Source of the DNA: an uncultured Acidimicrobiales bacterium
Lineage (GTDB): Bacteria > Actinomycetota > Actinomycetes > Mycobacteriales > QHCE01
Direction: 5' to 3'
Assembly (NCBI GenBank): GCA_963736285.1
Contig: CAVTOA010000003.1
Coordinates: 281,652 to 345,651 of the forward strand
DNA: 64,000 nucleotides
The notes under the pieces were generated by a model. The model searched no databases, was not told the origin of the DNA, and was given only the letters and a program-made list of their open reading frames with translations. Positions 36,849 to 46,143 of the stretch are shown here, piece by piece; the stretch's first letter is position 1, and every line of letters begins with the position of its first letter. The position numbers were made by a program, and so were the translations under genes.

Positions 36849-38489
36849 TCAACTAGAGCTCTCATCATCCACATCGGATGGTCGCAACGGAATAGGCGAG
36901 CTATCCAACTCAGTACCGACATGCAGCGGAACCGTCAACAGAAACTGCGTTCCATAACCCGGACGACCCCATGCTTGCAGCGTGCCGCCGTGCAATCGTG
37001 CGTCTTCCCAGGCGATGGCGAGCCCTAGACCCGTTCCGCCTGTTTGCCGCGCCCGCGACGGATCGGCGCGCCAAAAGCGAGTAAACACGGAGTCAACGTC
37101 TGCCGGGCGCAGGCCCACTCCATAGTCACGCACAGCCACCGCCACGGCCTCTGAATTCGCCGCAAGCCGCACCACGACCGGTCTTCCTTCGGCGTATTCC
37201 AGCGCGTTCCCCACTAGGTTGCGCAGTACCCGCTCGATCCGGCGGGGGTCGACATCGGCAACGATGCGGGAACTCGGAATCACCGTCTGTAGCTGAATGT
37301 GGTTACGCTCGGCGAGCGGTCTGAGCCCTGCCAGCACACGATCGATCAGTACCGCGATGTCTGTCGGCTCTGGTTCCAGCACTGCGAAGCCGCTGTCGTA
37401 CCTGCTGATCTCCAACAGGTCCGCGAGCAAGGCTTCGAACCGGTCGAGCTCTGCCACCAGCAACTCGGAGCTGCGCGCCGCTTCGATCGAAAACTGATTG
37501 CGCTTGCTATACAAGATCTCCGCGGCCATGCGGACCGTCGTCAATGGAGTGCGCAACTCGTGGGAAACGTCCGAGGTGAATCGGCGCTGCAATCGCGATA
37601 AATCTTCTAGCTGGACGATCTGGCTTTGTAGGTTTGCCGCCATCTGGTTGAACGCTTGCGCCAATTGTGCCAAGTCGTCGGTGCCATGCACCTTCATGCG
37701 TTCCTCGAGCATCCCGGCCGACAGCCGGCTGGCAGTACGTGCCGCCAGCCTCACCGGCGTCACCACCTGATGCGTGACCACCCACGCGATGCCCGTCAGT
37801 AGTAAAGCCAGCAGAATGCCCGTGCCCAGCAACGCCTTGCGCACCAAGTCGATGGCTCGGCTTTCGGCATCGAGCGGGAAGAAATAATAGAGTTGGAACT
37901 GGCCAGCCGCGGTCTCCAACGCGGTACCCACCACCAAAAAGGGGCGATGAGTCCCGCCGTCCAGACTCGTCGATACATATTTGTACGCCAGCGGTTTACG
38001 CTTACCCACCACATCGGACAGTTCACGGGGGATGACCAATGTGTCGGATGCGAATTGCGCCAGATATAGCCGGGGAAGGCGTGAGCTGTGGGTGCTAATA
38101 GCGACCGCAAAATCCGCCGTTTCGGCTCCTCGCGTCGACAAGTTGACTACGACCATGCGCAGGGTGGAGTCGAGGGCTGGATCCGAAGGACCATTGAGCG
38201 TTTGCAGCTGTTGAGCGGCATAACGCTGACCGCTCTTTGCTTCGTCGAGTGCCTGATTGCGTTTGGTAGTCACTAAGCCATGAGCGATTTGGTTCATTAA
38301 TAACAAGCCAAGTATCGCAATCACGACCGCCGAAACCACCAAGGTGGTTGCCACCACCCGAAGCTGAATATTCGCCCGCCACGTGCGCAACGCCCAGTGC
38401 CAGCAAGCCGCGGCCACGCGAGACACCGGCCGAACAGCGGCCATGAGTTTCTCGACAGCGGGCTGGGGTGGGGGGTGCCGGGCGCTCAT
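36849..38489 (-). CDS. mtrB: sensor histidine kinase MtrB
   Basis: Two TM helices, a HAMP domain, H-box FTSDVSHELRTPLT and an ATPase domain. Directly downstream of mtrA. Confidence 0.9.
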   Translation of the reverse strand: MSARHPPPQPAVEKLMAAVRPVSRVAAACWHWALRTWRANIQLRVVATTLVVSAVVIAILGLLLMNQIAHGLVTTKRNQALDEAKSGQRYAAQQLQTLNGPSDPALDSTLRMVVVNLSTRGAETADFAVAISTHSSRLPRLYLAQFASDTLVIPRELSDVVGKRKPLAYKYVSTSLDGGTHRPFLVVGTALETAAGQFQLYYFFPLDAESRAIDLVRKALLGTGILLALLLTGIAWVVTHQVVTPVRLAARTASRLSAGMLEERMKVHGTDDLAQLAQAFNQMAANLQSQIVQLEDLSRLQRRFTSDVSHELRTPLTTVRMAAEILYSKRNQFSIEAARSSELLVAELDRFEALLADLLEISRYDSGFAVLEPEPTDIAVLIDRVLAGLRPLAERNHIQLQTVIPSSRIVADVDPRRIERVLRNLVGNALEYAEGRPVVVRLAANSEAVAVAVRDYGVGLRPADVDSVFTRFWRADPSRARQTGGTGLGLAIAWEDARLHGGTLQAWGRPGYGTQFLLTVPLHVGTELDSSPIPLRPSDVDDESSS

Positions 38490-38506
38490 TTTGGTAGCCG
38501 GCTCAT

Positions 38507-39226
38507 TTAACCCCCGTCGGGGTGTGGTCCAGCGTTGTTTGCCGCACCAGCCTTATAGCCCACGCCCCGCACAGTGAGCACAATCTCTGGATGTTCCGGG
38601 TCAATCTCCACTTTGGCGCGCAACCGTTGCACGTGGACATTCACCAACCGAGTATCGGCCGCATGTCGATAACCCCACACCTGCTCCAACAACAGCTCCC
38701 GGGAGAACACCTGCCGGGGCTTGCGAGCCAAGGCCAGAAGAAGATCGAACTCCAACGGGGTCAATGCAATGGAGTCACCACCGCGAGTGACCTGATGGCC
38801 AGCGACATCAATAGTTACGGGATTAGTTGAGGGCCCAACAGTGAGCGCTTCCTCCGCATGTGCGTCCGGCTGCCTTAGTCGGGCCCGTATTCGCGCGACC
38901 AATTCTTTGGGTTTAAACGGTTTGACTACATAGTCGTCGGCGCCAGACTCTAGCCCGAGAACCACATCGATGGTGTCGCTCTTGGCTGTCAACATGACGA
39001 TCGGCACGCCAGATTCGGCACGGATCGCACGGCACACGTCGATGCCATTCATGCCCGGCAACATCAGGTCTAGCAGGACGATGTCCGGCTTAGTCTCGTG
39101 GAACGCCGGCAACGCACGCTCGCCATCTGCCACGAATAGAGGTTCGAAGCCTTCGCCGCGCAGCACAATGCCCAGCATCTCTGCCAATGCTGCGTCGTCG
39201 TCAACCACGAGTACGCGTACCTTCAT
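38507..39226 (-). CDS. mtrA: OmpR-family response regulator MtrA
   Basis: Receiver domain (VLVVDDD ... LLDLMLPG) plus a winged-helix output domain. Conserved pairing with mtrB. Confidence 0.9.
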   Translation of the reverse strand: MKVRVLVVDDDAALAEMLGIVLRGEGFEPLFVADGERALPAFHETKPDIVLLDLMLPGMNGIDVCRAIRAESGVPIVMLTAKSDTIDVVLGLESGADDYVVKPFKPKELVARIRARLRQPDAHAEEALTVGPSTNPVTIDVAGHQVTRGGDSIALTPLEFDLLLALARKPRQVFSRELLLEQVWGYRHAADTRLVNVHVQRLRAKVEIDPEHPEIVLTVRGVGYKAGAANNAGPHPDGG

Positions 39227-39302
39227 AGCTCCATCGTGGCACCTTCGCCGGATTCTCGCCGCCTGCGACGGCCCGTGTTTTACGACGTATTCCGCAATAT
39301 CC

Positions 39303-40676
39303 TTAGCGGGTCACGTAACCCAGCAAGTCCTGCCGCGTAAGAACGCCCACGGGTTTTCCTTCTTCGAGGACGATTGCCGCATCCGCGTCCTTGAGGGTCG
39401 ACACCACCTCGGTGACTGGCTCACCGGAACCGATCATGGGAAAAGCAGGAGCTACGTGGTGGCTTATCGGATCCGCGAGTGCGGCTTTCCCAGAGAACAG
39501 CGCATCCAACAGGGGCTTCTCGGAGATAGATCCCAATATCTCCGCCGTCATGACCGGAGGCTCCGCTCCGAGTACAGGAACCTGCGAAACTCCGTACTTT
39601 CGGAGTACGTCAATCGCTTCCCTCACCGTCTCTTGTGGATGGACATGCACCAATGACGGCAGCCGCCCGGACTTGCCCCGCAGCACCTCGCCCACCGTGG
39701 CGGTCCCGGGTCGGGTCAGGAAGCCATATTTGGACATCCAGTCATCATTAAAGATTTTGGACAGATAGCCCCGCCCCCCATCCGGCAGCAACACCACGAC
39801 CACCGCGTCAGGGTCAGCATCTGCCGCAACCTCTAGCGCTGCCACCACAGCCATTCCGCAGGAACCGCCCACCAGTAGGCCCTCTTCTCGCGCCAGCCTG
39901 CGGGTCATGGCGAAGGAGTCTTTATCGCTGACGGCAATGATCTGGTCTGGCAGCTTTGCGTCGTATGCCGAAGGCCAGAAGTCTTCTCCCACACCTTCAA
40001 CCAGGTATGGACGGCCTGTCCCTCCCGAGTAAACAGAGCCAACCGGATCAGCGCCGATGACCTTGACGCGCCCCTCGGACTTTTCCTTCAAGTAGCGCCC
40101 TGTGCCACTAATGGTTCCGCCGGTGCCGACCCCTGCGACAAAGTGAGTTATTTTGCCGTCAGTGTCGGACCAAATCTCAGGCCCGGTGGAGTGATAGTGC
40201 GCCGCTGGACCCTCCACATTGGAATACTGATCTGGCTTCCACGCGTCCGCGATCTCGTCGACCAATCGATCGGAAACGCTGTAGTACGAATCTGGATGCT
40301 CTGGCGGAACGGCCGTGGGACACACCCTCACTTCTGCCCCATATGCCCGCAGCACGTCAAGCTTGTCCGTGCCAACCTTGTCGGGGCACACAAATACACA
40401 GTGGTACCCGCGCTGCTGGGCGACCAAAGCCAAACCAACACCAGTGTTTCCACTCGTGGGTTCGACGATGGTGCCCCCTGGCCGCAAAAGACCCGCGCGC
40501 TCGGCCGCGTCGATCATCCGCGGAGCGATGCGATCCTTAACCGAACCGCCGGGGTTGAAGTATTCCACCTTGGCCAAAACCAGCGGGCCATTCGGGCCCA
40601 ATTCGCTGGTTACCGAGCGCAGCGCAACCAAAGGTGTGTTACCGATCAGCTGAACTATCGAGTTGACATAGCGCAC
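39303..40676 (-). CDS. cystathionine beta-synthase (PLP domain plus tandem CBS domains)
   Basis: IGNTPLV, PGGSVKDR and TSGNTG PLP motifs, with C-terminal CBS pairs. Start placed at the GTG giving MRYVNSIVQLIGNTPL, because the longer ORF (to 40793) overlaps the divergent gene. Confidence 0.85.
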   Translation of the reverse strand: MRYVNSIVQLIGNTPLVALRSVTSELGPNGPLVLAKVEYFNPGGSVKDRIAPRMIDAAERAGLLRPGGTIVEPTSGNTGVGLALVAQQRGYHCVFVCPDKVGTDKLDVLRAYGAEVRVCPTAVPPEHPDSYYSVSDRLVDEIADAWKPDQYSNVEGPAAHYHSTGPEIWSDTDGKITHFVAGVGTGGTISGTGRYLKEKSEGRVKVIGADPVGSVYSGGTGRPYLVEGVGEDFWPSAYDAKLPDQIIAVSDKDSFAMTRRLAREEGLLVGGSCGMAVVAALEVAADADPDAVVVVLLPDGGRGYLSKIFNDDWMSKYGFLTRPGTATVGEVLRGKSGRLPSLVHVHPQETVREAIDVLRKYGVSQVPVLGAEPPVMTAEILGSISEKPLLDALFSGKAALADPISHHVAPAFPMIGSGEPVTEVVSTLKDADAAIVLEEGKPVGVLTRQDLLGYVTR

Positions 40677-40768
40677 GGCGCCAGCGTACGCGGGGCTATA
40701 GCCAAGGTGGGTTAATCTCAGTCCGCGGACCACGATGTCGGCCAACAAGCATGGAAGGACCTCATTAA

Positions 40769-41878
40769 ATGACGACACGGAGTCGCGCCGCACGGGCCCG
40801 GCAGATCGCCGTTAAGGCGGCCTACGGGACCGGCGCCGTGGGTCTGCTCGGCATCACCGCAGCTGCCCTGCTCGTAGGTCAAGCGCTCCGGGCACGGCAG
40901 GTCATTCCCGTCGCTACCGACGCTCCGCTGCCTTGCGACGGACGCTACGGAGACAACGAACCAGGCAAGCCGCTCACGCTGGCACTCATAGGCGACTCCA
41001 CCGCGGCCGGGTTCGGAGTAGAAAGCCCAGAAGAGACTCCCGGCGCACTTATGGGCATGAGCCTTTCCCAAGCACTACACCGGCCAGTCGATGTACGGTG
41101 CCCCGCCGTTGTGGGGGCACTCAGCAAAGATCTGCCTGCTCAGCTCGACCTTGTATTGGCGAACCCACCGGACATTGTCGCCATTCTCGTCGGCGCCAAC
41201 GATGTGACTCGAGGAATCCGCCCCCTCAACGCTGTGCGCCACTTGGATCGAGCCGTTCGGCGGCTCATTGAGCATAATGTGCGCGTTGTCGTCGGCACAT
41301 GCCCTGACCTTGGCGCAATCCAACCCATCCGGCGACCATTGCGCTGGATAGCCCGAGAATGGAGCAGAGAGTTGGCGGCGGCCCAAACCGTGGCCGTGGT
41401 GGCAGCGGGCGGCCGCACCGTATCGCTAGGTGACCTGCTGGGAGCAGAATTCCTGGCGCGGCCAGAAGAGATGTTCGCCCACGACCAATTCCACCCTTCT
41501 GCCCTGGGGTACGCACGGGCGGTAGCAGTGGTATTGCCGTCACTCATCACAGCACTCGGATACGACGAAAACCTGGCACGCACACCCGCGATAGACATCA
41601 CCCTGCCACCAGCGCCTGCGCCCGACGGGGTCCAACGACTCGCCCACGCCGCCGTCGCGGCCGCGAACAACGCCGGAACCGAGGTCGCCCCCGTCAGTGC
41701 ACTCGATGCGGCCAATCACGTTTCCGACCAGCATGGACGACGGCTCCCACCGTTGCTGGGAGAACTACGGCATCGGCTCCACCTTCTCGCCGAACTCCTG
41801 CCAGGCAAAACGCGAGAACATAATCACGAACGTCCTAGGGACCCCGCCCATGTGCGCGACACCGGGACGCTGGGATAG
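40769..41878 (+). CDS. SGNH/GDSL-family hydrolase
   Basis: TM anchor, block I IGDSTAAG, GANDV, and block V DQFHPS. Confidence 0.8.
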   Translation: MTTRSRAARARQIAVKAAYGTGAVGLLGITAAALLVGQALRARQVIPVATDAPLPCDGRYGDNEPGKPLTLALIGDSTAAGFGVESPEETPGALMGMSLSQALHRPVDVRCPAVVGALSKDLPAQLDLVLANPPDIVAILVGANDVTRGIRPLNAVRHLDRAVRRLIEHNVRVVVGTCPDLGAIQPIRRPLRWIAREWSRELAAAQTVAVVAAGGRTVSLGDLLGAEFLARPEEMFAHDQFHPSALGYARAVAVVLPSLITALGYDENLARTPAIDITLPPAPAPDGVQRLAHAAVAAANNAGTEVAPVSALDAANHVSDQHGRRLPPLLGELRHRLHLLAELLPGKTREHNHERPRDPAHVRDTGTLG

Positions 41879-41896
41879 CCGATGAACGCCAGAGCG

Positions 41897-42217
41897 CTAC
41901 GTCAACTGCTTACTCGCCTTACGAAGGGCAGCACATGCTCTGCCAGTGAGCTCCGCACTCGGGCGTGCCGCCATCAGATCGTGCGCTATTACCGCGAACT
42001 GATCTGCCAAAGCTACATCATTCGCAAGTCGCGGCACCGCGCGATGCGGCTCACCTTCGGCATCTGCGGCAAAGTCAGCTAATTGCTGCACCAACGCACC
42101 CACCGCGCCCGCATGCATTCGCCATCGCGGCTTCGCCCACACAGCAATACGTTGATGAAAACCAGCGGCGGCCGATCGCAGAGAATCGGCCGCCGTGGCA
42201 GTTGACGAGTAACTCAT
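41897..42217 (-). CDS. hypothetical protein
   Basis: About 106 aa counted from the internal Met (MSYSSTATAAD...). Follows the BI-1 gene after 5 nt. No family recognised. Confidence 0.4.
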   Translation of the reverse strand: MSYSSTATAADSLRSAAAGFHQRIAVWAKPRWRMHAGAVGALVQQLADFAADAEGEPHRAVPRLANDVALADQFAVIAHDLMAARPSAELTGRACAALRKASKQLT

Positions 42218-42222
42218 GCGCA

Positions 42223-43113
42223 CTAATTTCGCGCGTAACCGAGCAGCCGCAAAATCTCCAAATACAGCCAGATCAAGCCAACCAGGATGCCAAAGGAGCA
42301 GTACCACGCATACCGCTGCTCAACACCCGCGTTTACGCCGGCCTCCACCGCCCCAAAATCGTTGATGAAGGTCAGCGCTGCCAGCCCAATCGCCACCAGG
42401 CTAAAGATGACGGCCATCGGACCGCCATCGCGCAGACCAAGCCCATGGCCATTGTTCACACCGAAGGCACCGAGCAAAAGATTGAGCATCGCCAGGCCCA
42501 AGAAGCCAAACAGCATGCCGGTCACCCAACGAGTGAACTTCGGGGTGGCGCGCAAAACGCGCAGCTTATAGAGCGCAGCCATGCCAAAGAACACGGCGAA
42601 CGTGCCCACCACAGCCTGCAGCACGATGCCGCCGCCGTAAATCTCCGCGTAGAAGCGGCTTACGACGCCGAGCACCACGCCTTCTACCACCGCGTAGGCG
42701 CTAATCACCAACGGGTTAGTGACCTGCATGAAGGCGATAACCAAGCCCAATACAAGGCCGAGAATAATGCCACCGGCGAGAGCAACCCCCGTGGTGCCGG
42801 TGCTCTCCGGCACCAGAAGCCATGTCGCCGCACCCGATAGGCCAGTCAACCCGAGCAGTGCCACAGTGCGAACGACCACGTCGTCAACCGTCATCGCTCG
42901 CTGAGAAGACGGAGCATACGGCGAGTAGCTCTGCTGCTGTTGCTGCTGGTAGTTCGGGTCCATCGTGGTGGTGGGAGCACCGTAATTCGGGCCATAACCA
43001 CCGGGATAGCCAGGCGACGAGTAGCCAGGCCCGCCCACTGGTTCACGGCGCAACCCGGCATGGCGAGTTGCCCGCTGGGTCAATCGACCCAAGACCGGAT
43101 TCTTACTTCTCAC
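42223..43113 (-). CDS. Bax inhibitor-1/YccA-family membrane protein
   Basis: GTG start after GGAGG gives MRSKNPVLG. Pro/Gly/Tyr/Gln-rich N-terminus, then 7 TM helices. Confidence 0.8.
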   Translation of the reverse strand: MRSKNPVLGRLTQRATRHAGLRREPVGGPGYSSPGYPGGYGPNYGAPTTTMDPNYQQQQQQSYSPYAPSSQRAMTVDDVVVRTVALLGLTGLSGAATWLLVPESTGTTGVALAGGIILGLVLGLVIAFMQVTNPLVISAYAVVEGVVLGVVSRFYAEIYGGGIVLQAVVGTFAVFFGMAALYKLRVLRATPKFTRWVTGMLFGFLGLAMLNLLLGAFGVNNGHGLGLRDGGPMAVIFSLVAIGLAALTFINDFGAVEAGVNAGVEQRYAWYCSFGILVGLIWLYLEILRLLGYARN

Positions 43114-43334
43114 GGTTGGCCTCCCTGAGGGCTTACATAAGGCGCAGTACCCGCCAAATAACACGGATACGCTGACACATAGTTGGCTATAGCGTATCGC
43201 GTAGGCGCCAAATGTCGCGGTGTGGACAGCACGCATTGAGTCGGTGCGCTAAAGGTGAGGGCAACGAGTCAGCGCCGCTGCTGGGCACCCTAAGCCATTA
43301 AGATAGTTGGGAACAGATCCGACAGCCGTCAAAC

Positions 43335-43507
43335 TCGCCTGTGTTCCTCGCTCCGCTCGTCAACACGCTCAATCGGCTCGGACACACAAGCAAGCTTGCG
43401 TGTCTCTCGCCCAACAAAACCAATCGCCTGTGTTCCTCGCTCCGCTCGTCAACACGCTCAATCGGCTCGGACACACAAGCAAGCTTGCGTGTCTCTCGCC
43501 TCAATCG
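43335..43507 (-). repeat. 89-bp-period tandem repeat (2 copies) abutting the tRNA-Leu 3' end
   Basis: Identical units at 43335 and 43424. The 56-nt core CTCGTCAACACGCTCAATCGGCTCGGACACACAAGCAAGCTTGCGTGTCTCTCGCC differs at 3 positions from the ssrA-linked unit. Confidence 0.9.
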
Positions 43508-43511
43508 CGTG

Positions 43512-43597
43512 TGCCCGGGACGGGACTCGAACCCGCATGCCCGTTTTAAGGGCAGCCGTTTTTAAGACGGCCGTGTCTGCCATTCCACCACCCAGGC
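43512..43597 (-). tRNA. tRNA-Leu (anticodon UAA)
   Basis: Hand-folded cloverleaf with acceptor GCCTGGG/CCCGGGC, anticodon stem GCCGT/ACGGC, loop CTTAAAA, a long variable arm, and T-loop GGTTCGAGTCC. CCA is not encoded. Confidence 0.9.
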
Positions 43598-43671
43598 TTG
43601 CGCCCTACCGTACGCAAAGCGCCAGCGACCTTGGCTGCATTGCCATAACGGTGTGAACGCAGCCAGGTTAC

Positions 43672-44541
43672 TTACGCACGTGTAGGCACCAACGTTGTCA
43701 TCCGAATGGATGAGCGAGCTGGACCGCGCGCGCAAAGACGCCGTCGAGCATCGCTGCTGTGAGTTTGCCAGTAAAGGTATTTTGCTGACTCACGTGGTAG
43801 CACCCTAAGACCGTGAGCGGATTGTTCGGTCGATCTTCGACCGTGACTTCCGCCCCATGGCCAAACCGTGGCCGGGGCCGCGGCACCTCGATCCCTAATC
43901 GGACCAACGCTGGCCACAGCGTGTTCCAGCCGAACGCGCCAAGCACCACAAGGACCTTGAGTGTTGGCCGCAAGCAGCTCCAGCTCGCGATCTAGCCAAG
44001 GGGTGCAGGTGTCGCGCTCTGCCGGTGTTGGCTTGTTAGCTGGCGGTGCGCATCGGACCGCTGCGAAAATACGCGTCCGCCGCAGCGCGAGTCCATCATG
44101 GACGCAGATGCTTTCCGCTTGATTGGCGAGGCCAGCGCGGTGCAACGCGGCAAAAAGCCACTCACCACTCTTGTCGCCGGTGAAAATTCGGCCGGTGCGG
44201 TTGCCGCCATGGGCAGCGGGCGCCAATCCGACAATGCCGATACTGGCATCTCGCGGGCCGAAGCCCGGCAACGGGCGGCCCCAATACTCTTCATTTTTGA
44301 ACGCGGCCCGTTTTTCTCGAGCCACCTGTTCTCGCCACTCCACTAACCTTGGGCACGACCGGCAAGACGCTATGTGAGCGTCGAGTTCGTCCAATGTGGC
44401 TGCTTGCTGCGCTTGCTCGACGACGTCCACCGCAGAGCGCGCGGGTATTACCGCGGAGCTACTGCGCAGGTAGCTGGGGACTGAAGTCACGGTCAGATTA
44501 TGAGCAGGTCTATCTAGCGTGGGCCGTACGACTACCGGCAC
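43672..44541 (-). pseudogene. family 4/5 uracil-DNA glycosylase with one frameshift
   Basis: The N-terminal 4Fe-4S motif CRSCPRL and GLAPAAHGGNRTGRIFTGD lie in one frame. The C-terminal VLVVLGAFGW ... LGCYHVSQQNTFTGKL lies in another (43698-43973). The shift is near 43975. Confidence 0.75.
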
Positions 44542-44824
44542 CTATGACGGTATTAAAAGCATCTTGGGCCGCTCGTCGAGCTGCTTGTGTGGCTGCGTCT
44601 CGCGCTGCTCCACGCCGCTGCCCACGTTGCGCTGTAGCCATAGCAGCGACAACATCCCGTAGAGCCGTGCCTCCTTGCTGCACCGCCCAAGGATTGTTCG
44701 CCGCAAAAGTTCGAGCTGCCAAAGTAGCCCTACGGACACACCTACCAAGCCGTTGCCACCACCGCCTTGGCGACCTATGTGCACTCATTAGTGCCACCCG
44801 TTCTTCGTTGTCGCTACTGCTCAC
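44510..44824 (-). CDS. hypothetical Arg/Ala-rich small protein (weak call)
   Basis: 104-aa ORF with a GTG start, low third-position GC and no clear RBS. Overlaps the annotated udg start. Confidence 0.2.
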   Translation of the reverse strand: MSSSDNEERVALMSAHRSPRRWWQRLGRCVRRATLAARTFAANNPWAVQQGGTALRDVVAAMATAQRGQRRGAARDAATQAARRAAQDAFNTVIGAGSRTAHAR

Positions 44825-45158
44825 ACCAGCTTACTGGTCCTCATCAAACGTGCGGACGTTTGTCGTCCCAATGGCTCACCGCGGTTGAAACCCACGGCGT
44901 AGATAGCAATGAAACCCATAGGAACCACAGTCATGGAGGGGTGCCTACCTACCGGCCGGTCGTCGTGGGCGCGGCGCCTGAGCCGATGGCGAGGGGCTGC
45001 CGGTTTCTGTTCGGCAGAGGCGTGATGCGAGGCGCACGCGGCGAGGAAGGTGGACGACGACTGGAATTTCGGTGAGCCGCCTGAGCCGCCTGAGGCGGCG
45101 GAGTGGCCGCGGCAGCTGCGAAAGTTTCTCTAGCCGGCCTTTTAACTCGCCTATTAAC

Positions 45159-45183
45159 GTCGTTGGCTCCCAGCCAACGACGG
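45159..45183 (-). terminator. hairpin downstream of the 131-aa ORF
   Basis: Perfect 11-bp stem CGTCGTTGGCT-CCC-AGCCAACGACG, 23 nt after the stop at 45206. No strong U-tract. Confidence 0.45.
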
Positions 45184-45205
45184 CTGGGACCGGCTTTAGC
45201 CGGCG

Positions 45206-45601
45206 TCATACCAAGAACCTCTGTCGGCAGGAAATGGACAACGTGGACGTCGTGGCAGGCGTTGCGGCTTGCGCTGTAGTCCGAGTCCGCCCTTTCTTAC
45301 CAAAGAACTGACCCACAGCCTTGCTAAAGGCTGCATTAACGGCCACGCCAGTAGCGTGCTTGCCAAGCTCGGCTTTTAGTGCATATTTCTTGTTGCCATT
45401 TTCGGCTTTGATAACGGTGTCAATAGACGCGGCAACGTCGACTGGGCTTACATTCTCTGCTACGGATCGCCCTATGTGTTTAGTGACTGGATGTCTAGCG
45501 ACACGAGCTGTTCCTGAGGCCACTTTTGCTGCACCGGGAGCCTTTGCTACAGCTTGGACTGCCCTTGCTCCCTTAGCTCCTTTAACCGCTCCTTTGGCCA
45601 C
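45206..45601 (-). CDS. hypothetical Lys/Ala-rich protein
   Basis: 131-aa ORF with a GTG start and low GC3 relative to the core genes. Followed by a hairpin. No family recognised. Confidence 0.35.
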   Translation of the reverse strand: MAKGAVKGAKGARAVQAVAKAPGAAKVASGTARVARHPVTKHIGRSVAENVSPVDVAASIDTVIKAENGNKKYALKAELGKHATGVAVNAAFSKAVGQFFGKKGRTRTTAQAATPATTSTLSISCRQRFLV

Positions 45602-45718
45602 TTTTCCGGCTGCTACGGCAAGCCGCTCGCCGGGAACGAGGGCTAGCGCGTTAGTGAATGAGGGGTTAGTTCCCGTGTACGTAGTCAGCTTTCTTATGGA
45701 ATTAGCAGGAAGATCAGC

Positions 45719-46030
45719 TCACCCATTGACGAACTTAATTTTTGCTCGTCGTTCCATAAGCCTCTGCGCCTTATGGAAATTGCCGGCTTGAGCGGCACTT
45801 TCAATCTGACGGTCAGTGATCCTCAAGCCTAGTTCGAATGCCTTTTTTGCTGGCAATCTGCCGAGGTGGATGTTAACGTCGGCGCCCATTAAAGCAAGGG
45901 TAAAGAGACCACCAGTAAAAGTATCCGCAACGGCCACAGCTGCTTGCGTAGTGCCCTTAGCTACCTGGCGCCTATCAATGCCAGGCTCGCTGCGTCGCGC
46001 CCGCCTTGCGGGGACAAGCTCAGCGGACAT
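45719..46030 (-). CDS. hypothetical small protein with one hydrophobic segment
   Basis: 103-aa ORF with an ATG start. AAVAVADTFTGGLFTLALMGA is a putative TM helix. GC3 is about 55%. No family recognised. Confidence 0.4.
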   Translation of the reverse strand: MSAELVPARRARRSEPGIDRRQVAKGTTQAAVAVADTFTGGLFTLALMGADVNIHLGRLPAKKAFELGLRITDRQIESAAQAGNFHKAQRLMERRAKIKFVNG

Positions 46031-46143
46031 GGCGGGCTCCGATCGGTCATTGGACCCACGGTAACAGGCGTTGTCACGGCGTCACAGCTGGTAGAGCCGG
46101 ATTTGAGTAGACCGCAAGAGAATGGCCAGCCGCTGGAAGATGG

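Noticed and set aside
44949-45209. ORFs 44949-45209 (minus), 44767-45075 (plus) and 44349-44888 (plus) in the udg-ppx islet.
   Set aside because: They have Arg/Pro-rich, non-protein-like composition and no RBS. The first lies downstream of a hairpin that appears to terminate the preceding ORF.
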